Source: a virus
Lineage: Duplodnaviria; Caudoviricetes
DNA: 61,568 nucleotides
Direction: 5' to 3' (one strand)
Virus record (IMG/VR): IMGVR_UViG_3300030107_002736
Location: 1-61,568 of that record
Below are positions 1-9,814 of this stretch, piece after piece. The position numbers and the translations under genes were made by a program. Position 1 is the stretch's first letter. Every line of letters starts with the position of its first letter. Below the pieces are notes generated by a model. It searched no databases, had not been told where the DNA came from, and worked only from the letters and a program-made list of their open reading frames with translations.

Positions 1-100
1 TATACGACAAGCAATGAAATAAGCGGAACAAACTATTCTGCTAAAGGAAACACGCTAACAAGGGTAGACCCCTCAACTAGTGGAACAACAGCCCTTACCG
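1..100. repeat. Terminal direct repeat (assembly overlap), left copy
   Basis: 1-100 matches 61469-61568 except at position 99 (C vs T). It falls inside a gene that reads through the junction, so the contig is circular. Confidence 0.95.
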
Positions 101-291
101 ACTTTGCAGACACTTCGTGGTCTACTGCAACGTTTACGGCTAGGGGCGCACTAATCTTTAATGAAGACACTAGTGGTGATACGTCTGTGCTTGTCTTGGA
201 TTTTGGTGCAGATAAAACCGCTACTGCTGGAACTTTTACAATTGCTTTTCCTGCAGCAGATGCGAGTAACGCAATTATTCGCATAGCCTAA
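1..291 (+). CDS. Virion structural protein, 3' part (starts at 61328)
   Basis: Frame 1 is open: YTTSNEISGTNY...LDFGADKTATAGTFTIAFPAADASNAIIRIA, stop TAA 289-291. Absent from the ORF track because it is split. Confidence 0.8.
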   Translation, partial: YTTSNEISGTNYSAKGNTLTRVDPSTSGTTALTDFADTSWSTATFTARGALIFNEDTSGDTSVLVLDFGADKTATAGTFTIAFPAADASNAIIRIA

Positions 292-292
292 G

Positions 293-931
293 ATGGCAAA
301 TGTAACAGGCTGGGGTCGGTCTACATGGGACTCCGGCACTTGGGGTGAAGCTGTACCTGTTGAAGAAACAGGTGTAGCCGGTACGGGTGCAGTTGGTTCT
401 GTAACAGTAACAGGCGATGCCAATGTTACTGAAACAGGATTGGCAGGAACTGGTGCGGTAGGAAGTGTAACCGTAACAGGAACAGCAAGTGTTGCTCCTA
501 CGGGCATAGCAGCAACGGGAGCGGTAGGAAGTGTAACAGTAACTGGGACAGCAAATGTTTCAGTTACTGGATTGGCCGGAACTAGCGCATTAAGTTCAGT
601 AACAGTTACGGCAGATGCAAACATTACAGTTACTGGGTTAACAGCCACGGGGGCTGTAAGCTCGGTAACAGCAACTGGCGGGACCGGGGTAACAGTAAGT
701 GCTACTGGCGTAGTAGGTACTGCGGGAATACAAAGTGTAAATGTATGGGGATTAATAGATGACTCACAGACACCAAACTGGGCAGCGGTTAGCGACTCGC
801 AGACTCCTGGCTGGTCGGGTGTTTCTGACTCACAAACCCCTAGCTGGTCAGAAGTTTCGGATTCACAAAGCCCCAGCTGGTCTAGTGTCAGTGACACACA
901 GTCGCCAAGCTGGGAAGTTATAAAGACATAA
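293..931 (+). CDS. Tail-associated repeat protein (V/T/G-rich beta repeats, C-terminal DSQTPxW repeats)
   Basis: 212 aa with repeated GxxGTGAVGSVTVTG units. Sits just before the tail fibre. Confidence 0.7.
   Translation: MANVTGWGRSTWDSGTWGEAVPVEETGVAGTGAVGSVTVTGDANVTETGLAGTGAVGSVTVTGTASVAPTGIAATGAVGSVTVTGTANVSVTGLAGTSALSSVTVTADANITVTGLTATGAVSSVTATGGTGVTVSATGVVGTAGIQSVNVWGLIDDSQTPNWAAVSDSQTPGWSGVSDSQTPSWSEVSDSQSPSWSSVSDTQSPSWEVIKT
761..925 (+). repeat. Five tandem 33-bp coding repeats (DSQTPxWSxVS)
   Basis: Units start at 761, 794, 827, 860 and 893, with synonymous divergence between copies. Confidence 0.9.
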
Positions 932-946
932 CCATAGGAAATAAGC

Positions 947-2830
947 ATGGGAACTTATGTAAACAATCTGAGGCTGTTGGAGATTGCAACAGGTGGCGAA
1001 GACGGTACCTGGGGCACTAAAACCAACACAAACCTTGAGCTTATTGCCGATGCTTTTGGTTCTGGGACAGAAGCGATCACAACGAACGCTGATACCCACA
1101 CAACGACTATCGCAGATGGTGCGGCTGATGAAGGCCGAGCACTTTTCCTTAAGTACACAGGAACACTCGACTCTGCTTGCACAATTACCATTGCACCTAA
1201 CACGGTTAACAAGCTGTGGTTTATTGAGAACGCTACGAGCGGATCTCAAAACATCATTATTAGTCAGGGTTCTGGTGCCAACATTACGATTGGTAACGGT
1301 AAGGTTGCCGCAGTCTATACGGACGGTGCGGGTGGTGGTGCTGCAGTACTGGATGTCTTTGCTGACTTAGAAATAAGTAGCACACTCACTGTAGCTGGCA
1401 ATGTTACAATGTCAGCAGATGCAACCGTGGGGGACGATCTCACACTTCTTAGCGATGCTGCCGTTCTTGGCTTTGGTGCAGACACTGACGTAACGCTAAC
1501 ACATGTTGCAGATACCGGGTTGCTACTTAACTCTACAATGGCAATCCAGTTTAATGATGCCAGTCAATACATCAATGCTCCTTCAAATGCCATACTGGAC
1601 ATTAACGCAACAGACGAGATTGAGCTTAACGCCACCCTAGCAGACGTTAATGCAAACCTAGATGTGTCGGGTACGATAGTTGGAGCAAGCACCATTGAGG
1701 GCACAACGATTACCGCTACCACAGCGTTTGTCCCCGATGCGTCAGATGGAGCCGCTCTGGGTACAGCTTCATTAGAGTTTAGTGACCTATTCTTGGCAGA
1801 TGAAGCGGTAATATCATTCGGTGACGATGACGATGTAACCCTGACCCATGTTGCAGACACGGGCCTGTTGCTTAATAGCACAATGGCCTTGCAGTTTAAC
1901 GATGCGTCTCAGTACATCAATGCACCTTCGGCTACCGTTCTGGATATTAACGCTACTGATGAAATTGAGCTTAACGCGACAGCCGTTGATCTAAACGGCA
2001 CACTAGATGTGTCAGGCACGACCACACTGGGCGGCACACTTACAGTTAATGCCGGAGCCGTCTTCAACGAAGCTTCTGCTGATGTTGACTTTCGTATTGA
2101 AGGCAACGGAGACGCAAACCTTTTTTATGCAGACGCAGGAAACGACCACGTTGGTATTGGCGTAGCAACGCCCCATGCCAAACTTACAATTAAAGATGCA
2201 CAAGACATCTCAATGGATGCTAGTGCAAGTGGTCAGCTTGCTATTACAGGAAATGGTTACAGTGGTGCTATCGCACTAGACGGTAGCAACATGAATATCT
2301 ACAACAATGCTGGCTCAATAGGCATGGTTTTTGGCACCAATGAAACTGCTCGAATGAGCATTTCAAGCGGTGGCACAGTCAATGTGGTTGGGGAGCTTAC
2401 CGCAGGAACAAAGACGTTCCGAATTGACCATCCTTTGCCAAGCATGACGGACACGCACACACTGTCTCATGCAAGCATTGAGGGTCCGCAAGCCGACCTT
2501 ATGTACCGTGGCAGCGTCGATCTTCAAGGGGGTGCTGCAACAATTGACTTAGATGAGGCCGCAAGAATGACTAGCGGCACATGGGCGGTTCTTTGCCGCA
2601 ATCCTCAAGTCTGGGTGCAGAACGAAACAGGTTGGACTCAAGTCCGTGGGTCTGTTTCAGGTTCTACACTTACTATTTCTGCACAAGACAGTGACTGCAC
2701 GGATACTGTGTCATGGCTAGTAGTTGCTGAAAGAAACGATAGTCACTACACGGATTCAAAATCAACTGACGACGATGGACTTTTCAGACTAGAAAGAAAC
2801 AAGGCAGAGTCTAAGGAAAATGGAGAGTGA
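947..2830 (+). CDS. Tail fibre / receptor-binding protein
   Basis: 627 aa. N-terminal virion-anchor-type segment (GTWGTKTNTNLELI), beta-rich repeats, internal duplication, and a C-terminal KTFRIDHP...HASIEGP...YRG domain typical of fibre ends. Confidence 0.8.
   Translation: MGTYVNNLRLLEIATGGEDGTWGTKTNTNLELIADAFGSGTEAITTNADTHTTTIADGAADEGRALFLKYTGTLDSACTITIAPNTVNKLWFIENATSGSQNIIISQGSGANITIGNGKVAAVYTDGAGGGAAVLDVFADLEISSTLTVAGNVTMSADATVGDDLTLLSDAAVLGFGADTDVTLTHVADTGLLLNSTMAIQFNDASQYINAPSNAILDINATDEIELNATLADVNANLDVSGTIVGASTIEGTTITATTAFVPDASDGAALGTASLEFSDLFLADEAVISFGDDDDVTLTHVADTGLLLNSTMALQFNDASQYINAPSATVLDINATDEIELNATAVDLNGTLDVSGTTTLGGTLTVNAGAVFNEASADVDFRIEGNGDANLFYADAGNDHVGIGVATPHAKLTIKDAQDISMDASASGQLAITGNGYSGAIALDGSNMNIYNNAGSIGMVFGTNETARMSISSGGTVNVVGELTAGTKTFRIDHPLPSMTDTHTLSHASIEGPQADLMYRGSVDLQGGAATIDLDEAARMTSGTWAVLCRNPQVWVQNETGWTQVRGSVSGSTLTISAQDSDCTDTVSWLVVAERNDSHYTDSKSTDDDGLFRLERNKAESKENGE
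1487..2020 (+). repeat. Internal duplication of about 63 aa in the tail fibre (1487-1675 vs 1832-2020)
   Basis: DVTLTHVADTGLLLNSTMAxQFNDASQYINAPS...LDVSGT occurs twice, 345 nt apart. Confidence 0.9.
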
Positions 2831-2831
2831 T

Positions 2832-3050
2832 ATGACCACCTTCCTGTCTTTACTTGCCATACCAGCCGCCGCAGGGGCCGCTTATGGTGGAGTAAAGGCG
2901 GGACTAAACGGGGCTAAACAGTCTCTTGCTCAAATTGAACGTACCGTAAACCGTATCGGAACAAAGGTAGATACACATGGCGAACGTCTCGCATCAGTCG
3001 AAGCAGAAACAGCAAACCTCAAAGAAAGGCTCTCCAGTAGAAAAAACTGA
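2832..3050 (+). CDS. Small membrane protein with coiled coil
   Basis: Hydrophobic N-terminus followed by a heptad segment. GGAGAG RBS before ATG 2832. Confidence 0.55.
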   Translation: MTTFLSLLAIPAAAGAAYGGVKAGLNGAKQSLAQIERTVNRIGTKVDTHGERLASVEAETANLKERLSSRKN

Positions 3051-3246
3051 TGAGTTTTCGCAACCGGAGCAACAAAAAGTAATGTTATCAGTTGAGCAAG
3101 CAGAGTTGTTTAAACGCTTGCTTGCAGCAATGACAGACGCGCAAAACAATTTAAACTTTGCGCTTTTGGCTGCGAACATCGACGGTGAATCAATTGTAGG
3201 CGGACATCTGGATGGAGATGCTCCGCATTTCATAACCAAAAAGTAA
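2977..3246 (+). CDS. Hypothetical protein (true start uncertain, probably downstream of 2977)
   Basis: The ORF fills the gap up to the next ATG at 3247. Confidence 0.45.
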   Translation: MANVSHQSKQKQQTSKKGSPVEKTDEFSQPEQQKVMLSVEQAELFKRLLAAMTDAQNNLNFALLAANIDGESIVGGHLDGDAPHFITKK

Positions 3247-5625
3247 ATGCCCTTCATGAAAATATCACCTAGTCCGGGTATGTTTACGGACGGGACTAGG
3301 TACACCGCAGAAGGAACTTGGTACGACGCTGACAAGGTAAGGTTTCGTAAAGGCTTTGCTGAAAAGTTGGGCGGTTGGACTAAGTACGTTACTGCTTCAT
3401 TTCTGGGCACATGCAGAAAGCTGCACGACTGGGTTACAGATGGGGGCAGCAAGTACATAGGTATTGGCACACACCTAAAACTTTATGTCAACTTAGGCGG
3501 TGGGTACTACGACATTACCCCCGTTCGCAGCACGGTAAGCCTCGGCACTGATCCGATAGCTACTGTTAGCGGAACCGCAGTTATAACAATCACTACATCC
3601 AGTGCTCACGGTGCGGTGGTTGGAGACTATGTAACTATAGCTGGTGCTACCGCGTCCGGTGGGATTGGCACGGGAAGCATTAATAAGGAGCACCGAGTTG
3701 TGGCCTTAGGTGCGCCGGACGGAACAAACCCAACAACAAAGTTTCGTGTTGTTTGTGATGCAAGAGCATCTTCAACGGATACCGGAGAAGGTGGGGCGAG
3801 TGTAACCGCTGCGTTTCAAATAAACACAGGTTTGGACACGTTTGTTGATGGGGGTGGCTTTGGTTCAGGAACCTGGGGGTCGTCCACTTGGGGGTCTGCA
3901 ACCTCCGTAGGGCAAGCCACGCAGTTACGAATATGGTCAGTAGATAACTTTGGTGACGATATGCTCGCCTGCGTTCGTCAGGGTAAGATTTTTTACTGGG
4001 ATGAAAGCAACGGAACCTCGACCCGAGCAATACCGTTAGAAGAGGTTGTGCGAAGGTCTGTAACCCTTTTATCTAATCCCATATCAGTAACAAACACCTC
4101 AAGCGTTATTACCGTAACGGACAAGGGTGGACATGGGGCCGTAGCGGGAGACAAGGTTACCCTGTCTGGCGCATCCGCTGTAGGTGGAGTAGACGCAGCA
4201 AACATCAACAAAGAACACACGATTGCAACTGTGCCAACCAAGACTACGTTTACAGTTGATACGGGCGATGCCGCCTCTAGCACTACAACGGGTGGCGGCA
4301 CGAGTGTTGCGGCAAGCTATAAAGCAGGAACCTACTACCCTCCTGTAGGTGCCTACCAAGTTTTAATGTCTGACGTTGGACGCCATGTAGTTGCACTTGG
4401 GTGCACGGGCGTAAACTCCACTGCGATTAACCCCTTAAATGTTAGGTGGTCAAGCTCTGAAACCGTGGGAACGTGGCAGCCACTGTCTACAAATAGTGCT
4501 GGTGGGCAGGAGTTATCTTCTGGGTCAGAGATTGTCGGCGGACTTGCTGTAAGACAGGAAATATTAATTTGGACTGACGCCGGTATTACCAGCATGAGAT
4601 ATGTCGGAAGCCCTTACTATTTTGCGTTTACGGAAGTAGCAAGGGGTATGTCGATGATTTCGCAAAACGCAGCAGTAAATGCAAATGGTCGTGTCTTCTT
4701 TATGGATCGTGGAGACTTTTATGTTTATGCTGGATCAGTGCAAAAACTTAAATGCCCAGTGCTTACCACTGTGTTTGATGATTTTGATTTAGGCCAGCGA
4801 CAAAAAGTTGCTTGTGGCCACAACCCAGACTTTTCTGAGGTAACATGGTTTTATCCGTCAGAGTCAGGTAGTGGCGAAAACGACAAGTATGTTACATACA
4901 ACTACGAAGACAATATTTGGTACACAGGGACACTTGTTCGCGGTGGATGGAACCAGGCCAACACCAAGTCGTACCCCTTGGCATCTTCTATTATTTCAAA
5001 AGATTTATCTGAAAATCCCTTTACAACAAACACTGACTCTACCAGCAATGTGTCTATTAGTAGCACTGCCCACGGGCTGTCCGTAGGAGACACCGTTTTT
5101 ATTTCTAATGCGTCTGCAACTGGTGGTCTGTCAGCAACTTTGTTAAACAATCAGCACACTGTTGTTACGGTAACAGATGCCGATAACTACACAATTACAC
5201 TGGCTGACGCAGCTACTGCCGACACAGGTGGCGGAGGCGCTGTAAAAGTTAATCACGAAAACGTGCTTTACAGCCACGAAAACGGGTACGACGACGACGG
5301 CTCAGCGATGACAGCGTACATCGAAACTGCTGACATGGATTTAGGCGAGGGAGATAAAACCTGGTCTATACATAGAATTATTCCTGACTTTTACTTTACT
5401 GGTGCTGAGTCAAGTGACGAAGTAACGGTCAGCCTTAACGGTCACAACTTTCCAGCAGACTCTCAAGCATCTATTGCTTCAGTTGCGTTTACGCCAAGCA
5501 CTGCTGAGGGGTTTGTTCGTGCAAGGGCTCGACAGGTGTCAATGAAAGTTGAAAGCACTGGAGTGGGGTACGGATGGCGTCTTGGCTTTGTTAGGCTAGA
5601 TGGCAGGGCGGATAGCAGACGATGA
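3247..5625 (+). CDS. Tail nozzle / DNA-stabilisation protein (P22 gp10 / T7 gp12-like role) with three inserted beta-sandwich modules
   Basis: 792 aa with beta-propeller-like composition. Three HG[AL]xxGDxVxI modules. Positioned before the internal protein genes. Confidence 0.7.
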   Translation: MPFMKISPSPGMFTDGTRYTAEGTWYDADKVRFRKGFAEKLGGWTKYVTASFLGTCRKLHDWVTDGGSKYIGIGTHLKLYVNLGGGYYDITPVRSTVSLGTDPIATVSGTAVITITTSSAHGAVVGDYVTIAGATASGGIGTGSINKEHRVVALGAPDGTNPTTKFRVVCDARASSTDTGEGGASVTAAFQINTGLDTFVDGGGFGSGTWGSSTWGSATSVGQATQLRIWSVDNFGDDMLACVRQGKIFYWDESNGTSTRAIPLEEVVRRSVTLLSNPISVTNTSSVITVTDKGGHGAVAGDKVTLSGASAVGGVDAANINKEHTIATVPTKTTFTVDTGDAASSTTTGGGTSVAASYKAGTYYPPVGAYQVLMSDVGRHVVALGCTGVNSTAINPLNVRWSSSETVGTWQPLSTNSAGGQELSSGSEIVGGLAVRQEILIWTDAGITSMRYVGSPYYFAFTEVARGMSMISQNAAVNANGRVFFMDRGDFYVYAGSVQKLKCPVLTTVFDDFDLGQRQKVACGHNPDFSEVTWFYPSESGSGENDKYVTYNYEDNIWYTGTLVRGGWNQANTKSYPLASSIISKDLSENPFTTNTDSTSNVSISSTAHGLSVGDTVFISNASATGGLSATLLNNQHTVVTVTDADNYTITLADAATADTGGGGAVKVNHENVLYSHENGYDDDGSAMTAYIETADMDLGEGDKTWSIHRIIPDFYFTGAESSDEVTVSLNGHNFPADSQASIASVAFTPSTAEGFVRARARQVSMKVESTGVGYGWRLGFVRLDGRADSRR

Positions 5626-5825
5626 GCCTAAAGACATACAGGCCCTTAAATGTGGCCCCAGAGAAGTATGAGCAGTATGATGAACAACTGTCTCGAAGGA
5701 CAATAGAACAAAACCTTCAAGATGTTAGCAGTGATATACATTCTGTAAAAACACAAAGCGATAAAGATAGTTCTTTGTCGTTACGGAAGTATCAGTTTCT
5801 ATTGCTAGGAGCTAGTAATGGCTGA
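5622..5825 (+). CDS. Hypothetical virion protein
   Basis: ATGA overlap with the upstream gene; 67 aa. Confidence 0.6.
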   Translation: MSLKTYRPLNVAPEKYEQYDEQLSRRTIEQNLQDVSSDIHSVKTQSDKDSSLSLRKYQFLLLGASNG

Positions 5826-6150
5826 TACATTAAAGGTACTGGGACAAACAGCGCCTTCAGATACGAATAACGCGGATCTGTATACTGTGCCTGAGGACAC
5901 TCAGACCACGGTAAGCTCGCTTGTCGCCTGCAATCTCACAGGGAACACGCCCTCGTTTAGAGTGGCGATTCGTCCGCTGGGTGCTACCGTAGTAAATGAA
6001 CACTACATCTACTACGACAAGGCTTTGGCCGCTAACGACTCTGTTTTTATAATCATTGGCATCACGCTAAGTGATGATGATGTAGTAACAGTCAGGTCAT
6101 CAGCCGCAGATGAAATAGCATTTACTTTGTTTGGCGTGGAGACAAGCTGA
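5818..6150 (+). CDS. Small beta-rich virion/tail protein
   Basis: 110 aa with an LYTVP motif and all-beta pattern; coupled to its neighbours. Confidence 0.65.
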   Translation: MADTLKVLGQTAPSDTNNADLYTVPEDTQTTVSSLVACNLTGNTPSFRVAIRPLGATVVNEHYIYYDKALAANDSVFIIIGITLSDDDVVTVRSSAADEIAFTLFGVETS

Positions 6151-6151
6151 G

Positions 6152-9100
6152 ATGTATATACCTCATGACTCACCTATTAGGCAGCGCATTATGCTGCAGC
6201 AAATGCAGCAAGCGTTACCTAGGACTATGGGTGGGTTTGGTGGCGGTAGGGGTGCTGGCAGGTTTGGTGGCGGCATGAACCAAGCAATGAGGGTGCCACC
6301 TAGCCCTTTTCGTGCTCCCCCCATGGCAGAATCAATAGCAACCGACGATAGGATAGCTATGCCTGGGTCCCCACCGGCTGGCGCGGGCTTTGCTCGCCCC
6401 ATGTCCGCAAGTGAACAAGGGCAAGCTCAGGTAGGTGGCCCTCCAACCAAATGGACAATGGAAATCAAGCCTGCAAGTGCCAGTAACGGGGGAGAGATCC
6501 CTAGCCTGGAAGAGCTGCTTGCGTTTTTAGGCCGCCCTCAGGAAGAACCTAGGCATTCTCCCGCCCGAAGATTACCCGGCTACGAGGCACCTAGGAACTA
6601 CAACCCGTTCGGCTCTGAAGTACCAGTGTTGCGTCAGACTCCACCAGGAGATTTGTCAGAAGAGGGCTTAACAAGAATGTCTGACATCATCTACGATTAC
6701 GATGAGTCTCGGCCAGCAGACTTTCAAATGGAACTAACTCGGTCCAAGCTTAGACAGCTTGAGGCCGAAGCCAGGGCACGTTTGGCCGCAGAGCAGGCGG
6801 CTGCCGCACCTGCTGCTACACCTACTGTTAAGACTGCTGCCGCACCTGCTGCCGCACCTGCCGCCGCACCTGCAGAAAGCATGGAGGGGTCTGAAGCCAA
6901 TCCAATACAGCTTGAAGGATTGGATGTTGTAGTTCCTAGAACAATGCAAAAAGAAAGAGAAGTGTTTAGGCGCAGGTCGCATCCAGGAGGGATGCCTAGC
7001 TGGGAAAGAACTTCGATAAACACCCGGCCACAAACAGATCCCTTTACAGGCAGGGCAGCAAACCAGCTTACTGAACGAGAAATAAGAGAGCTGTACCTTG
7101 AGCCTCAACGTAGGCGGGAAGATAGACGGGAAGAAATAGAAGCTTTGATGGATGCAGAAATAGTAAAGCGAGAACTGCCGCTGACTTTTGCATCTATGGC
7201 TGAGCCATCTCTTCCTGACTCAGACTCAATGAGAGAGCTGCGGCTTGCTCGGATGATGGAGTCAATGACACCCGCTCGGGAATTTGAGGCTGCAAGCTTT
7301 TTACCTGAAAGCGTTCGTGTCCCAGAAGTGATGCCACTCGGCGTTCAAGGCACTGTGCCTGAGCCAGCGGTCGGCAGGGACCCATTTAACATTAGATATG
7401 AGCACCCTTACAGAAAGCCTGTAACTAATATTGAAGACGACTTAGATCATTTTGCTTTTCCCATAGAGGGTGTAACCGCAAGCGTAGATCCCACTGAATG
7501 GATAATGACAGAAGTGGGGCTTCGTCCCCGGCTTCCGGGCGGAGGCGCTGGCGACTATGTAAACTTTAGACGTGGTGTTGATTTTGATGATCTTAGAAAA
7601 TCAGCAGACGAATTAGCTGGCGAATACTATTTAAGGTATGGCAGATACCCTGAGGGATTTGATCCTTCTGGCTTTGCTGGTGGTGGAGAAATTCCAATGG
7701 TGTACGCAGGGGGTGGGTACATTCCTGCTTATGGGTTAGGTGGTTGGTTAAAAAGTGCGGCAAAGGGTTTAGGCAAGGTCGCACTAGGGGCTGCACCTTT
7801 AGCTGCAGGTTTTTTCGGTGGCCCGCTTGCGAGTGCCGGAGTAGGTGCGCTGATCGGCGGAATTAAAAACAAAAGCCTTAAAGGTGCCCTGATGGGCGGA
7901 GCAATGGGATACCTTGGGGGCAAGGGAATACAAGCCCTAAAGGGTGGCATTGGCGATGCGGTAGCGCAAAAAGGGTTTGCAGACCTTGGGCTCTTGGGCA
8001 AGGCCCAGGCGGTTGCCGGACAAGGGTTGGGTAGCCTAAAAAGCGTAGCAATGGATCCTGCAAAAATGGCTATGCTGTACCCAATGATGGGTAACTTGTC
8101 TGGACAAATAGAAGCAGACAGGGCTGAGGAGTCTGGTGGTCCTTCGGCGGAGGTTCCAGGCTACTCAGCGCACCAGCAAATGCTTGAAAATCCGCAACAA
8201 GTGCTACCACAAAGCGCACTGTCGGGAACAGCACAGGGTAGCGGTCTTCCTGTAATGACTGCTGCGCTTGGTGGGATGCTACCCCATACCGTGGCCGCTT
8301 ACAGGCGTGGCGGGGAAATGGAAAGAGAAGGTGGTAGGTCGGGTAGGCGTAGGCGTAGACAGAGTAACAGGCCAACTATTCCATCTGCGATGGAAGAACT
8401 TTTACCCGAAACAACCCGCGCTCGTCAAAAGACTGGAAGGGGTACCTCTCGCGAAGAAGGTCGCCACCAAGTTGGTGATCGCATGGATGAGAACCAAGCG
8501 AGAATGACAGGAAAGCTTGGTGTCGAAGATGAGTTTGGAAACGTAGACGAATCGGCTGAAATTGAAAACAGACGCGCAATCGCACAGGGAAGACCAGCAG
8601 ATGACATAGCAAGTGTTGCGGGGGGATTTGTAGAAAACACAAGCCCATATGATCCTACGCCAACAAGTCTTTCGGGGGTTCAGAACCCGATGCTACAAGG
8701 CGACCCAATGCCTGCTTCTGCTGCGCCAAGAGAGCAAACACCATTTGATACGGGCACTCAAGCAGCACACCCAGATTACATACCTGGACTGCACCCTGAA
8801 TCAATGATGTACACTGGACCAACTGGTGACCTAAACACGGTTGGGCTAAACCCGTTTGCACCTCAAGACACTAGTGGTCTTAGCGAACAACAAAGAGCGT
8901 TTATCGAAAGAATGGGCGGTGCCCAGCCTGCAGCGGGTGGTGGCGGAAAAGACTCAACTGATCCTGACTACGTTACGCGACCGGCTGACACAGGAACACC
9001 CCCAGGGCTTTCAACGCCACCAGACCTCACGGGCACTCCGGTATCCGTAAATACGGGCGCAGGCGCTACCGCAAACCTTACAGAGGCACAGCTAAGAGGA

Positions 9101-9814
9101 ACGGCACCGCTACCTGCAACAAACCAAGCGTTTTTGGACACACTTCCAAATACGGTAGCAAATCCAAACACAGGTCCTACAGCAGCAGAGTACCAAGCGA
9201 TGTTGGCACCTCAACCTGAACCGCCCGCAGAAGAACCTGAAGGAAAGGCTGAGGGTGGACAGGTGGGCGAAAGACTTGATGTTCCTCCAGCATCTAGTGT
9301 GGAAGATGTTCCAGAAGAAATCCAACAGCTTGTAGAAAAGGCGTTGATGGGCGAAATGCCAAGCGATATGGTGCAGCAATTGTTTGCAGAGATAGAACAA
9401 TTGTTTCCAGGGTTTATTGCCGCACAAGCTAATGAGCTTCGCGCAAGAAGGCAGTCAGCGAACGGTTTTAGTGACGTAATATCAGAAGGCTATATACCTT
9501 TTTATAATGACGGCATGCCAGAAGCAATGGGTGCCGTTGACGATAGACTTGCTGTGGCTGCGCCTCCGGGCTATTCGGACGAGGAAGTAAAAGCTGGACT
9601 ACAGAGGGCTCTTGCCACTGGGGGCAAAGTGCCTATTGGTGCAGTTGTTAGGGGTGGCGAGTATGTAATCAACCCCCATGACACACAAGCAAGAATTGAC
9701 CAAATAGCCGATGCAGCAACAATGGCAGCAGCCAAAAACCCAGACCTAGCAGGCGGTGCCGCTTGGGAAGCCACAACAGAAGAATTAGAAACAATGAGAG
9801 CTAGAAATGCCTAA
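6152..9814 (+). CDS. Large low-complexity internal virion (ejection-type) protein
   Basis: About 1220 aa from ATG 6152. P/A/G-rich, with a Gly-rich membrane-like segment (LAAGFFGGPLASAGVGALIGG), repeated xxGGx[IV] motifs and C-terminal GGEYVI. Confidence 0.65.
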   Translation: MYIPHDSPIRQRIMLQQMQQALPRTMGGFGGGRGAGRFGGGMNQAMRVPPSPFRAPPMAESIATDDRIAMPGSPPAGAGFARPMSASEQGQAQVGGPPTKWTMEIKPASASNGGEIPSLEELLAFLGRPQEEPRHSPARRLPGYEAPRNYNPFGSEVPVLRQTPPGDLSEEGLTRMSDIIYDYDESRPADFQMELTRSKLRQLEAEARARLAAEQAAAAPAATPTVKTAAAPAAAPAAAPAESMEGSEANPIQLEGLDVVVPRTMQKEREVFRRRSHPGGMPSWERTSINTRPQTDPFTGRAANQLTEREIRELYLEPQRRREDRREEIEALMDAEIVKRELPLTFASMAEPSLPDSDSMRELRLARMMESMTPAREFEAASFLPESVRVPEVMPLGVQGTVPEPAVGRDPFNIRYEHPYRKPVTNIEDDLDHFAFPIEGVTASVDPTEWIMTEVGLRPRLPGGGAGDYVNFRRGVDFDDLRKSADELAGEYYLRYGRYPEGFDPSGFAGGGEIPMVYAGGGYIPAYGLGGWLKSAAKGLGKVALGAAPLAAGFFGGPLASAGVGALIGGIKNKSLKGALMGGAMGYLGGKGIQALKGGIGDAVAQKGFADLGLLGKAQAVAGQGLGSLKSVAMDPAKMAMLYPMMGNLSGQIEADRAEESGGPSAEVPGYSAHQQMLENPQQVLPQSALSGTAQGSGLPVMTAALGGMLPHTVAAYRRGGEMEREGGRSGRRRRRQSNRPTIPSAMEELLPETTRARQKTGRGTSREEGRHQVGDRMDENQARMTGKLGVEDEFGNVDESAEIENRRAIAQGRPADDIASVAGGFVENTSPYDPTPTSLSGVQNPMLQGDPMPASAAPREQTPFDTGTQAAHPDYIPGLHPESMMYTGPTGDLNTVGLNPFAPQDTSGLSEQQRAFIERMGGAQPAAGGGGKDSTDPDYVTRPADTGTPPGLSTPPDLTGTPVSVNTGAGATANLTEAQLRGTAPLPATNQAFLDTLPNTVANPNTGPTAAEYQAMLAPQPEPPAEEPEGKAEGGQVGERLDVPPASSVEDVPEEIQQLVEKALMGEMPSDMVQQLFAEIEQLFPGFIAAQANELRARRQSANGFSDVISEGYIPFYNDGMPEAMGAVDDRLAVAAPPGYSDEEVKAGLQRALATGGKVPIGAVVRGGEYVINPHDTQARIDQIADAATMAAAKNPDLAGGAAWEATTEELETMRARNA

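Noticed and set aside
1487-2020. Tail fibre duplication as a DGR template/variable repeat
   Set aside because: Both copies are in frame, differences are mostly synonymous and not adenine-specific, and there is no reverse transcriptase.
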